Origin: a virus
Length of the DNA: 64,000 nt
IMG/VR virus record: IMGVR_UViG_3300037189_014399
Location: 40,859-104,858 of that record
Strand: one strand, 5' to 3'
This document shows positions 56,790 to 64,000 of this stretch, in pieces. Numbering within the stretch: position 1 is the first letter of the stretch; every line of letters begins with the position of its first letter. A program made the position numbers and the translations under genes. The notes under the pieces were generated by a model. It worked only from the letters and a program-made list of their open reading frames with translations. It had not been told where the DNA came from and ran no database searches.

Positions 56790-57085
56790 TACTTCTTCTT
56801 TCCAGCACGACGCTTATTCTCTTTAGCTGCGTTCTTTCCATGAGATAAAGGACGAAGGTTGCTAGATCTGTCATCATCATGGTTATTGTTCTTATGGTCT
56901 ACGTCTGTGTCTTTGGATAGCTTGCCGTGCTTCTTCTCATACTTAGCACGAGCAGCATTCTTAGAGGTAGTGTGCCACTTACCGGACTTATCCTTGTAGT
57001 GCTCAACAATAATCTTGCGACCACCATTGGCAGCAGAGCCTTTGTACTCTTTACCACCAGCTACTTCTTTTTTCTTGGTAGGCAC
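56789..57085 (-). CDS. HNH-motif basic protein
   Basis: DVDHKNNNHDDDRSSNLRPLSHGKN. Confidence 0.7.
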   Translation of the reverse strand: MPTKKKEVAGGKEYKGSAANGGRKIIVEHYKDKSGKWHTTSKNAARAKYEKKHGKLSKDTDVDHKNNNHDDDRSSNLRPLSHGKNAAKENKRRAGKKK

Positions 57086-57219
57086 TACTTACTCTTTTTC
57101 TTTACAGGCTTTGCAACCTTTTTCTTACCAGAGCCTTCCGGTACGCAGTTAGGGACTTTCTTACCGCCCTTAGTCTTCATACCAACCTGAACGTAGCCAT
57201 CCCAGCATGGGTTTTTCAT
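57085..57219 (-). CDS. Lys-rich microprotein (44 aa)
   Basis: MKNPCWDGYVQVGMKTKGGKKVPNCVPEG...KKSK; coupled on both sides; missed by the ORF track. Confidence 0.8.
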   Translation of the reverse strand: MKNPCWDGYVQVGMKTKGGKKVPNCVPEGSGKKKVAKPVKKKSK

Positions 57220-57515
57220 TAGCAGTCCCACTTACGTAGAGACTTGTTAATACGGCTATTAGGATCGTGAGCTGCCTTAGAACCTGTGTTGTGCTTCTTC
57301 ATGCCTTCCATGCGTGCACAGAAAGACTTACGACGTGCAGCAGACTTCTTAGACTTTGATGCCTGTTCTTTAGATACAGGTGGCTTTAAGTTATGTCCTT
57401 CTTTTTTAGCAGAAGCACGCCCTTTAGCGTTAAGTCCACCCTCAGAGTTCTGGCCTTCTTTACGAGTCCACGCTGCAGACTTATGATGTTCTTTTTTCTT
57501 AGTCTTAGTTGTCAT
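57219..57515 (-). CDS. basic phage protein (RRKSFCARM...W.C family)
   Basis: AWTRKEGQNSEGGLNAKGRAS...RRKSFCARMEG...LRKWDC; ATG at 57515 (TAATG). Confidence 0.75.
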   Translation of the reverse strand: MTTKTKKKEHHKSAAWTRKEGQNSEGGLNAKGRASAKKEGHNLKPPVSKEQASKSKKSAARRKSFCARMEGMKKHNTGSKAAHDPNSRINKSLRKWDC

Positions 57516-57745
57516 TAGAATAGTTTCCCTTGTAAGTCGCAGGCTTTCCAATCGTGATCTGTTTTAAATCTTGCACAGTCTGGACAGGTAAGACGATCGT
57601 TGTTATCCAATGATCCCATCTTCTGTAGGGAATTTTCATAGGAAAACACACTACGATGACCATTAAAGTGAGGAATCTGGTACGACTCTCTAGCTACTTC
57701 CACCTGTGGGTGAACTTTGCCTTTGTACCTACGTACATTAGACAT
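57515..57745 (-). CDS. small zinc-binding protein
   Basis: CPDC...H...C. Confidence 0.65.
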   Translation of the reverse strand: MSNVRRYKGKVHPQVEVARESYQIPHFNGHRSVFSYENSLQKMGSLDNNDRLTCPDCARFKTDHDWKACDLQGKLF

Positions 57746-59730
57746 TAGTAGGCCCTGCCTCGTCCTAACTGCTTGCCTTCTTGTGTAATTTCTGTATTGC
57801 CTGGTCCTTCATTTCTACGAATAACTTCGTCAGATGAACCAAAAGGAGTTTGAATAGCTTGGCGTTGAGGAAGAGCACCACCAGTACCTGCAGTCATTGC
57901 TGTTGCAATGGTCTGCTTTGAACCTCTGTCATTTGATTTATTTCTAAATGGCTTAGTTTCCATGTGCTCAGCGATCTTATGGCTGATGTACTGAGTATGT
58001 GTGAGTGTTCCGGCATCAGATCCTGGACTCTTTTGAATCTCTGTCCAGTGACGAGGAAGATTTGCACCTTCTTTAGTACGACCACGACGGCTCTTTACAC
58101 GACCAGATGGGTGGTATTCCACCATTCTGTGTGTTTGAACTGGATCACTTGTAGGAACCCAAGCTTTCTTAGCAACACCTGAGTCATAAACCTGTGATGA
58201 TAGGTCTTTATGAAGCTGATGTACATCTACTCCGGTTTCTTTTACCCAAGAAGAAACATGTGAAACCTTTTGCTTTGTGTGATAGGCAATCTCTTGTAGC
58301 TTTGTCTTTTCAATTCCCTTATTAAACTTGGTATCTCCAGCAGAGTTTTCTCCCAAGTAGTAGTTAAGTGGCTTACTCTTCTTTTCAGCCGCACCATTAG
58401 CGGTGATCTCCATAGCCTGTTCACGATCAATACCTGGAAGGTTGTTAATTCCCTCATCAGATAGCTTATGTCCATACTTGCGGACATAACGATCACGAAC
58501 TGCAATTGCCTTCTTAACGTCTTTTCCTGCACCATATAAGCCTTCATGGCTGCCGGATGTTGCTCCAAGGCGAATTGCTTCCTCATCAGAGGCATTAGGA
58601 TTAGCTTTAAGTCCAAGATTCTTTGCAGATGAACGGTTACTCTTTGTCATAGCAGTAACCTTTTTATTAACATCATGCTGACGTGCTTGCTGACCAAAGA
58701 AAGCAGTGCGTGCCATTTTAGCCTCGTCTGTATTCTTGATAGGTAGAGCAGGCTGTTCACCAATACTTCCAGGTTGCAGATATCCAGCTTTGCTAGACTT
58801 AGCAATGTGTCGTGCTTGACCCTCAACACTTGCACCTGTTTGACCAGCAATTAACTTTGTAACGTTACTAATTCTTGATGGATCAGTAGTTTCATGGTAT
58901 GAAACACCGCTGCTGTTACTTTCTGTAAGCATACGTGTAAATTTCTTTCCACCAACACCACGCTTTTGTTCACGAACTAACTGCTCGTGTGGACGATCTC
59001 CTGCATAAAGTGAGTTGTTAGGATCATAATTTCCTGCACCCATCTTAGGAATCTTATTTGCAGCACGAGATCTACTGATTCTAATGTTTTCTTTGCTTCG
59101 TAGTTGGCGTTGATTTCCAGCAACTCTTTTTCCATCAGCAAGAGGTGCGCCTGATCCACGACCAATTCGCATGGTTCCACCGTTACCGCCATCACCTAGG
59201 TAAGCTGCAGCAGGGCGTTGACCTGAAGGTGTTCCTGCCTCAGGAACTGTTGCTGTATTAATTCCACGCATTGCAGCCTTGTTAACACGCATTGACTTGC
59301 GTTTTACAGGTGCTGCGCCGCCAGGAAGGGCTGCAATTTGTTCAGCGTACTTAACATCTTGGCCAGCAGTGCGATCAGCAGTAAAGTCTTTTAGTTGGCT
59401 TGATCTAAAGCTTGCTTGACCTATTCTGCGTGCGTCTTCTTTGTCAAATTCTCCACGTGCTTCTTCTGCTGAAGGTAGGGCACGTTCTCCACTCTCTCCA
59501 CCCAATTCAAATAAAGGACGACGACTACGGGCTGGTTTTCCTGCAGGTGTTCCAGGAAGTGGGGTTGAATCAGTAACCTTTGCAGGATCTTGTCCTGCGC
59601 CACGTACACGTGTGCGCTTTGGTACTACTTCAGTACCATCTGCACGTATTCTCTTTTTTTCACCATCTTCAACAACAGATAGCATTGGAGCCTTCTTAGG
59701 TGCCTTTTTACGATTGCGTGAACGTGCCAT
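57745..59730 (-). CDS. large basic, largely disordered protein (possible internal virion protein)
   Basis: 661 aa, Lys/Arg/Gly/Ala-rich, no Cys, no recognisable domain. Confidence 0.65.
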   Translation of the reverse strand: MARSRNRKKAPKKAPMLSVVEDGEKKRIRADGTEVVPKRTRVRGAGQDPAKVTDSTPLPGTPAGKPARSRRPLFELGGESGERALPSAEEARGEFDKEDARRIGQASFRSSQLKDFTADRTAGQDVKYAEQIAALPGGAAPVKRKSMRVNKAAMRGINTATVPEAGTPSGQRPAAAYLGDGGNGGTMRIGRGSGAPLADGKRVAGNQRQLRSKENIRISRSRAANKIPKMGAGNYDPNNSLYAGDRPHEQLVREQKRGVGGKKFTRMLTESNSSGVSYHETTDPSRISNVTKLIAGQTGASVEGQARHIAKSSKAGYLQPGSIGEQPALPIKNTDEAKMARTAFFGQQARQHDVNKKVTAMTKSNRSSAKNLGLKANPNASDEEAIRLGATSGSHEGLYGAGKDVKKAIAVRDRYVRKYGHKLSDEGINNLPGIDREQAMEITANGAAEKKSKPLNYYLGENSAGDTKFNKGIEKTKLQEIAYHTKQKVSHVSSWVKETGVDVHQLHKDLSSQVYDSGVAKKAWVPTSDPVQTHRMVEYHPSGRVKSRRGRTKEGANLPRHWTEIQKSPGSDAGTLTHTQYISHKIAEHMETKPFRNKSNDRGSKQTIATAMTAGTGGALPQRQAIQTPFGSSDEVIRRNEGPGNTEITQEGKQLGRGRAY

Positions 59731-60347
59731 TATTTATTACCGCCATCAAAGTTGTCGTTGCGATTATCACCAGGATTTTGTCTACGAGACTTGTAACCCA
59801 TTGGTGTGTAGTTATCTAAAAAGTTCTTTTCTGTTCCACCAGCAGCAACGTGTGTATTAAATGCTGTAGCGTAACCACGATGCGTCATTGCTTGCTTATG
59901 TGACATCATCTGTCCATCTCCTGCTTCGTGTGCTTTACGAAGTGCAATGATCTGTTGTGTTGGACCTTGAGGTGCTTTTCTTGCACGAGGAGCACCATTA
60001 GTTTTTGGATTTGCTGGTCTGGCTGGTGCGGCTCTGTTCATACCACCTTCTGGAGTAACAGATGTTACAGAAGGATCATCTTTCATAATTGATTGCGCTG
60101 TGCCAAGCTTTTCTTTATACGTCTTGTGCTCTTCGCCACGACGACGATCCCACTCTGCATTGTCTGCATGGAAAAGATCTTTACGTTGATTGAAACGCTG
60201 TTGTTGCATTAGCAAGCCCATTTTCATTCGGCCTGTGCCAAGAGCTGCTTGACCAAGTTTTCCTAACCAAGTTGCAGCTGCAGCGGTTCCTGCTTTACCT
60301 GATGCAGGCACAGAACCACCTCTGTTTAACGGACTAAACTTTGCCAC
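59730..60347 (-). CDS. basic low-complexity protein
   Basis: 205 aa; coupled to neighbours. Confidence 0.65.
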   Translation of the reverse strand: MAKFSPLNRGGSVPASGKAGTAAAATWLGKLGQAALGTGRMKMGLLMQQQRFNQRKDLFHADNAEWDRRRGEEHKTYKEKLGTAQSIMKDDPSVTSVTPEGGMNRAAPARPANPKTNGAPRARKAPQGPTQQIIALRKAHEAGDGQMMSHKQAMTHRGYATAFNTHVAAGGTEKNFLDNYTPMGYKSRRQNPGDNRNDNFDGGNK

Positions 60348-60565
60348 TAGATATCCTCTACTTCTGAATAGATTCTTGCGGCCCTAATATTGCGTTCATG
60401 AAGGGCCGACGCATGTTTATTGTAATGATGATGACAGAAATATAAATGCCCAACCTCTAAATAAACGTGAACCCAGGCCCTTGCAGAGCAAGAATCACAT
60501 TGCTGACGTTCCAGCGCCGCCGCTTCCAGCGCCTCCGGTATCAGTTCCTTCGCCAACTGTGCCAT
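60347..60565 (-). CDS. small zinc-finger protein
   Basis: CDSC.ARA......LYFCHHH. Confidence 0.7.
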   Translation of the reverse strand: MAQLAKELIPEALEAAALERQQCDSCSARAWVHVYLEVGHLYFCHHHYNKHASALHERNIRAARIYSEVEDI

Positions 60566-60764
60566 TCTGTTCTCCTGTCTCTAGAGTCGAACCCTCTTGG
60601 GCTTCCGGCTCATCGTAATTATGATTAGAAGGTGAGCCGATATCTCCGCCAAGGCCTGAATAGATTAGGTTGTTGTAGGGTTGAACATAGGGGCCAAATG
60701 AAACGCCGCCCGCAGCATACGGCCATCCCTTAGGAAGCGAGAATTGATGCCGTTTCTTGTGCAT
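60495..60764 (-). CDS. hypothetical protein
   Basis: Likely leaderless ATG at 60764; Gly-rich acidic tail overlaps the next gene. Confidence 0.5.
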   Translation of the reverse strand: MHKKRHQFSLPKGWPYAAGGVSFGPYVQPYNNLIYSGLGGDIGSPSNHNYDEPEAQEGSTLETGEQNGTVGEGTDTGGAGSGGAGTSAM

Positions 60765-60800
60765 GGCTGATTTTCTCAGATAAATCAGCAAACTGAATGG

Positions 60801-61376
60801 TTAAACCTCTTGTATATAAAGACGAGTTTCTCCACCAGAATTGGTGTCAAACTCTTTTGCAGCATCTACTGCGCCAGTCATTGCTTTCTTTGCATACTCA
60901 ATATTAGTAAAGATGCGGGGACCTGATTGATATAGAGCACCCTGTGCAAAGTCTCCACCACTACCTGTTGCAAAGTAATTACGTGCATCTCGATCTACAG
61001 AGTAGTCTTCATCAATAATGTAAAGAGTTCCTAGGACTGCAACGAGAAATACGTTCTCAAACTGTGCGTAGTCTCCATCGTCCTTCATGTCGTATCCACC
61101 ATCAACGAACACTTGACGCATCTTAGGAACAAATGTGTTGATCATCCAGTTGTCTAACTGATCTGGAGTCATGTTATTGCGTGGCTTAGGTGCTTTCCAT
61201 CCACGTTGTAAAAGATTCATACCACGACCGATACCACAACCTGCAATTAAGATGCCGTTGTTATCGATGACCTTGTGGTCTTTCATAAATACGTTGCGGT
61301 ATTCGTTATATGTGCCTTGGGAATCAGCACCCATAACTACCCAGCCATCACCTTGAATGGCAGCAATCGTTGTCAT
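60801..61376 (-). CDS. HslV/proteasome-beta-like Ntn protease
   Basis: Start MTTIAA after GGAG; Thr1, ADS (Asp17), Lys34, ATGSGG, D..SGG. Confidence 0.85.
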   Translation of the reverse strand: MTTIAAIQGDGWVVMGADSQGTYNEYRNVFMKDHKVIDNNGILIAGCGIGRGMNLLQRGWKAPKPRNNMTPDQLDNWMINTFVPKMRQVFVDGGYDMKDDGDYAQFENVFLVAVLGTLYIIDEDYSVDRDARNYFATGSGGDFAQGALYQSGPRIFTNIEYAKKAMTGAVDAAKEFDTNSGGETRLYIQEV

Positions 61377-61414
61377 TTCGTCTCCCCAGTGTTGTAGGTG
61401 CCCGTCGCGCATAG

Positions 61415-61443
61415 ATACTACCAAGAGACGAAGTATTGGACAA
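61415..61443 (-). promoter_or_regulatory. sigma70-type promoter TTGTCC-17-TAGTAT
   Basis: Near-consensus; upstream of the protease gene. Confidence 0.65.
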
Positions 61444-61497
61444 GTACTCCAGCCACGGGCTGTCCACTCCCGGTGGACCAGGCTATAAGTCTATCAG

Positions 61498-61568
61498 CTC
61501 CCAGACATGGATTCGAACCACAACTAAAGGCTCCAGAGGCCCTTGTACTACCGTTATACGATCTGGGA
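61498..61568 (-). tRNA. tRNA-Gln(CTG), no encoded CCA
   Basis: Acceptor stem TCCCAGA/TCTGGGA, anticodon arm AGGGC-CTCTGGA-GCCTT, GGTTCGAATCC. Confidence 0.92.
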
Positions 61569-61569
61569 A

Positions 61570-61645
61570 TGGAGCGGTTGACGAGGCTCGAACTCGCGAC
61601 CTGCACCTTGGCAAGGTGCCGCTCTACCAACTGAGCTACAACCGC
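61570..61645 (-). tRNA. tRNA-Gly(GCC) with CCA
   Basis: GCGGTTG...TAGCTCAGTTGGTAGAGC...TTGCCAA...GTTCGAG...CAACCGCTCCA. Confidence 0.96.
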
Positions 61646-61649
61646 ATCG

Positions 61650-61722
61650 CTGGACCACCTGGGCTCGAACCAGGGACCTAGGCATTAACAGTGCCCCGCT
61701 CTGCCGACTGAGCTATGGTCCA
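61650..61722 (-). tRNA. tRNA-Asn(GTT), no encoded CCA
   Basis: Acceptor stem TGGACCA/TGGTCCA, anticodon arm GGGCA-CTGTTAA-TGCCT, GGTTCGAGCC. Confidence 0.94.
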
Positions 61723-61857
61723 AAAAAGCCCCGAAGCCCAATGCGCACCTACTTCAACGTTTTTGACAGTGTTCGGATAGCGGTACTTCGGGGCGAGCTA
61801 AAAATGACTGGGATGGCAACTCAGGGCTGCCGAATCCCAGTTTTCTAATCATAGCAT

Positions 61858-62394
61858 CTATTTGATGTCGATCGTGCGAGCCTTCTTATGTTCCGGGATT
61901 TCCCGCTCTAGATCGATTACTAGGAATCCATCATTCAGCGAGGCTTCCAAGATTCTGACATCTTCGGCTACACCGAATTTCTGCTCAAAGTCTCTTGCGG
62001 CGATTCCTTTATGTAAGTACGAACCTTCATCACGGTTATTTCGGGATCCAGTTACTGTAATTACGTTTTCTTTAAATTGGATGTCGATCTCACTCTTGGT
62101 GAAACCGGCACATGCGATCTGGATCTGATACTTGTCGTTCTTCAGATCGATGATGTTATATGGGGGATATGTCGCTGTGATCCGTTCTTCCTGTAATTCC
62201 TTGAGGAAGTTGATGTGGCGATCAAAACCAACTGTCCAGGGTAGGAAAGCGTTGGTGATCGTTACAAAGGGGTCTACAGGCCGTGGGGCTACCTCTTTGA
62301 CCTTTGAATAAGGGTCTCTATGAATATCTGAGGGCCAGGTGTCGTGTCCAATAGGACCTAGGTGCTTAGAGCTACCAATCTGTGGTGCTGCCAT
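61858..62394 (-). CDS. small heat-shock protein Hsp20 (IbpA-like)
   Basis: YPPYNI, IACAGF, YLHKGIAARDFEQKF, LNDGFL.I.L.R.IPE..K.R.I.I. Confidence 0.95.
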   Translation of the reverse strand: MAAPQIGSSKHLGPIGHDTWPSDIHRDPYSKVKEVAPRPVDPFVTITNAFLPWTVGFDRHINFLKELQEERITATYPPYNIIDLKNDKYQIQIACAGFTKSEIDIQFKENVITVTGSRNNRDEGSYLHKGIAARDFEQKFGVAEDVRILEASLNDGFLVIDLEREIPEHKKARTIDIK

Positions 62395-62462
62395 GATTTA
62401 TCTCCTTAGACGATAAATGTTAGTTCTGCTCCTCGGTTGAGCGAGCATCCCAAGTGTAACAT

Positions 62463-62648
62463 CTACCCCAGCGAATTTATTCCACAGTCGTTACACACTG
62501 GAAATAGGAAAGCTCCTTCGCAATCAACTGTTGTAGCCTCCCCGCCACATTTAGCACACTTCTTCCATTGCTCCAGCTTGGCCTTGGACATCGCCTCCAT
62601 GGCTTTAGCCATCCAAGGATCCTTGATGTAACCTCTGTAACTACTCAT
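62463..62648 (-). CDS. small zinc-finger protein
   Basis: CAKC...CNDC; ATG at 62648 is 6 nt after TACAAT (leaderless). Confidence 0.6.
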   Translation of the reverse strand: MSSYRGYIKDPWMAKAMEAMSKAKLEQWKKCAKCGGEATTVDCEGAFLFPVCNDCGINSLG

Positions 62649-63035
62649 CCCCCAATTGTAACTTAGATCACAAATTGTGATATTCATAAATTGGCCCCAC
62701 CGAATCTATTCATTATAACTTTACATAATTGTAATGACCCAACTTTGCCCTCCCAACTCTTACAAGTTCTCAGGAATGTACCTTTCCAGGTCGTCACCTC
62801 GTCACCTACGAACAAATGTTCGAAGCCCCACCGCATTTACACCTTAATTTCCCCCCATTATAAGAAAAGGCCACTGCCCAGAGCTGTAGGGTCATGGTCC
62901 TGTGTCTCGCCTGGTCGGCGTGTCTGAGTGTCTCATTTAAGGGTGGGGGTGTCGCGTTCGGCGGCACAGCGGTTGATTGACTTGGCTACGGCTCTGTCAT
63001 CAACCGCTTTCTTTTGCTCTCTTAGTGGCAGATGG

Positions 63036-63068
63036 TGGGGGGCGGGGGCTTCGGTCTCCGCCCCTTTT
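63036..63068 (+). terminator. GC-rich hairpin with UUCG loop and short T-tract
   Basis: GGGGGCGGGGGC-TTCG-GTCTCCGCCCCTTTT. Confidence 0.55.
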
Positions 63069-63133
63069 CCATATGCCCCTAAGGGGCAGAGCGGGTAGCA
63101 AATTGCTATCCGTACCAACTGAAAGGATAGACT

Positions 63134-63574
63134 ATGTCTATTTTGGTAACCCGTGCCAATCAACAGGGCACAGAGTGGAAGTACGAGTCACTAGCACAGG
63201 TGGCAGGTGAACTCAAGGAGGTAGCACTACCTTCTTCTATCGACGGATTGCGTCGCAATCCAAAGACAGGAGAGGTCTATGCACCTGCTCTGCAGTTCGC
63301 ACACGCTGCTTACCTGCACATCAATCTTGGCTACCCAGTCAAGAAGGCTTGTGCGCTCGCAACCAAGTTCGTCAACAGCAAGTTGAACCGCTTGGAACCA
63401 CTCTACACTGGCAGTGTGGCTGATCAGTGCCACGCTATCAACACTATGGAGAGTGTTGACCGCCAGAACTTCAAGGACGCAGAGGTAGACCGCGCCCTTG
63501 AGGCACTCCGTAAGGCACAGGAGAAGGTTGACTCGCTTGTAAAAGCGGGCAAACTCACTCCTGAGTTGGTCTAA
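63134..63574 (+). CDS. hypothetical protein (first gene of a divergent unit)
   Basis: GAAAGGA RBS, coherent 146-aa ORF with more C/G-ending codons. Confidence 0.75.
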   Translation: MSILVTRANQQGTEWKYESLAQVAGELKEVALPSSIDGLRRNPKTGEVYAPALQFAHAAYLHINLGYPVKKACALATKFVNSKLNRLEPLYTGSVADQCHAINTMESVDRQNFKDAEVDRALEALRKAQEKVDSLVKAGKLTPELV

Positions 63575-63877
63575 GAGAGCATAGAGAAGGTTTCTTAGCC
63601 CTTCTGCACCCCATCACCATAGCGTGGTGGGGTGTGGTGGGTCTATGACCCTCACTTTGAGAGCAAAAGAATAGTGTGTTCTGCCTTCCCTAAGTGCTAG
63701 CCGGCAGCCGGGTAATCCGGCTGTCGGTTGGCCACTGCAAAGCCCTCACCCCAACAGTCCAGGTGTATAGCCAGGTCTAGGGGTGGGGGCTGAAGCAGTT
63801 ATCAGGTAGTTTGTGATATGTACATACTGTGTGCGTATCGCTCTCTATCTGAGGGTATATACAAAGGGAGGCCTATT

Positions 63878-64000
63878 ATGGCACTGTTCGTAATTAACAC
63901 ACAATCTGGCTCTATGTATGTTCTTGATACTAACAAGGATATCCCCGCCCCATTTTTACGTATGACTGCTGATGGGTGCGAGCGTATGTTCGTTCGTAAC
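63878..64000 (+). CDS. hypothetical protein (partial; runs off the window end)
   Basis: GGGAGG RBS; MALFVINTQSGSMYVLDT... open to the window end. Confidence 0.6.
   Translation, partial: MALFVINTQSGSMYVLDTNKDIPAPFLRMTADGCERMFVRN

Noticed and set aside
61398-61681. Three ORFs of 70-81 aa in the track
   Set aside because: They overlap clear tRNA genes.
61728-61794. A fourth tRNA
   Set aside because: No T-loop GTTCRA on the coding (minus) strand and no cloverleaf.
62691-63210. ORFs 62691-62927, 62933-63163 and 62977-63210
   Set aside because: No convincing RBS, atypical composition, and overlap with hairpins; probably non-coding.
1-64000. Prophage, extracellular contractile injection system, diversity-generating retroelement, intein/intron or recoded genetic code
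   Set aside because: No integrase, host genes, reverse transcriptase or intein motifs were seen. Capsid, portal and terminase are present, so it is a phage. Genes are full length in the standard code and all three stop codons are used.

Overview
This window is a 64-kb slice of a large, moderate-GC tailed phage with a contractile tail (myovirus). The host is most likely an actinobacterium: the capsid, portal and terminase look like those of Bxz1/cluster-C-type actinophages, several genes appear leaderless, and PASTA, M23 and lytic-transglycosylase domains are present (host assignment is inference). Almost everything is on the minus strand. Read right to left: Hsp20, three tRNAs (Asn, Gly, Gln), an HslV-like protease, basic low-complexity proteins, terminase, portal, scaffold, major capsid, head-tail adaptor, about 25 kb of collagen-like, Gly-rich and Thr-Pro-rich fibre genes, neck, sheath, tube, chaperone, tape measure, baseplate, and a Rep-DnaC-DnaB replication module. 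The most interesting candidate system lies in the fibre region (23.9-30.3 kb). A prolyl-hydroxylase-type 2OG-Fe(II) oxygenase, a radical SAM/SPASM enzyme, a GT60-like (Skp1 hydroxyproline GlcNAc-transferase type) glycosyltransferase and a GalE-like epimerase sit directly downstream of an 808-aa (Thr-Pro)n/Cys-rich mucin- or AGP-like protein, with a second TPR glycosyltransferase nearby. This is a putative phage-encoded hydroxyproline/Thr O-glycosylation pathway for virion appendages. Other signals: an unannotated +1 frameshift (UUU-C) in the tail chaperone, a spike OB-fold with an internal His-rich insert, a structured leader before a secreted lytic transglycosylase, a candidate RNA thermometer on hsp20, chains of Lys-rich microproteins missed by the ORF track, and a candidate origin inside rep. 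All functional calls come from motif recognition by eye; no searches were run.
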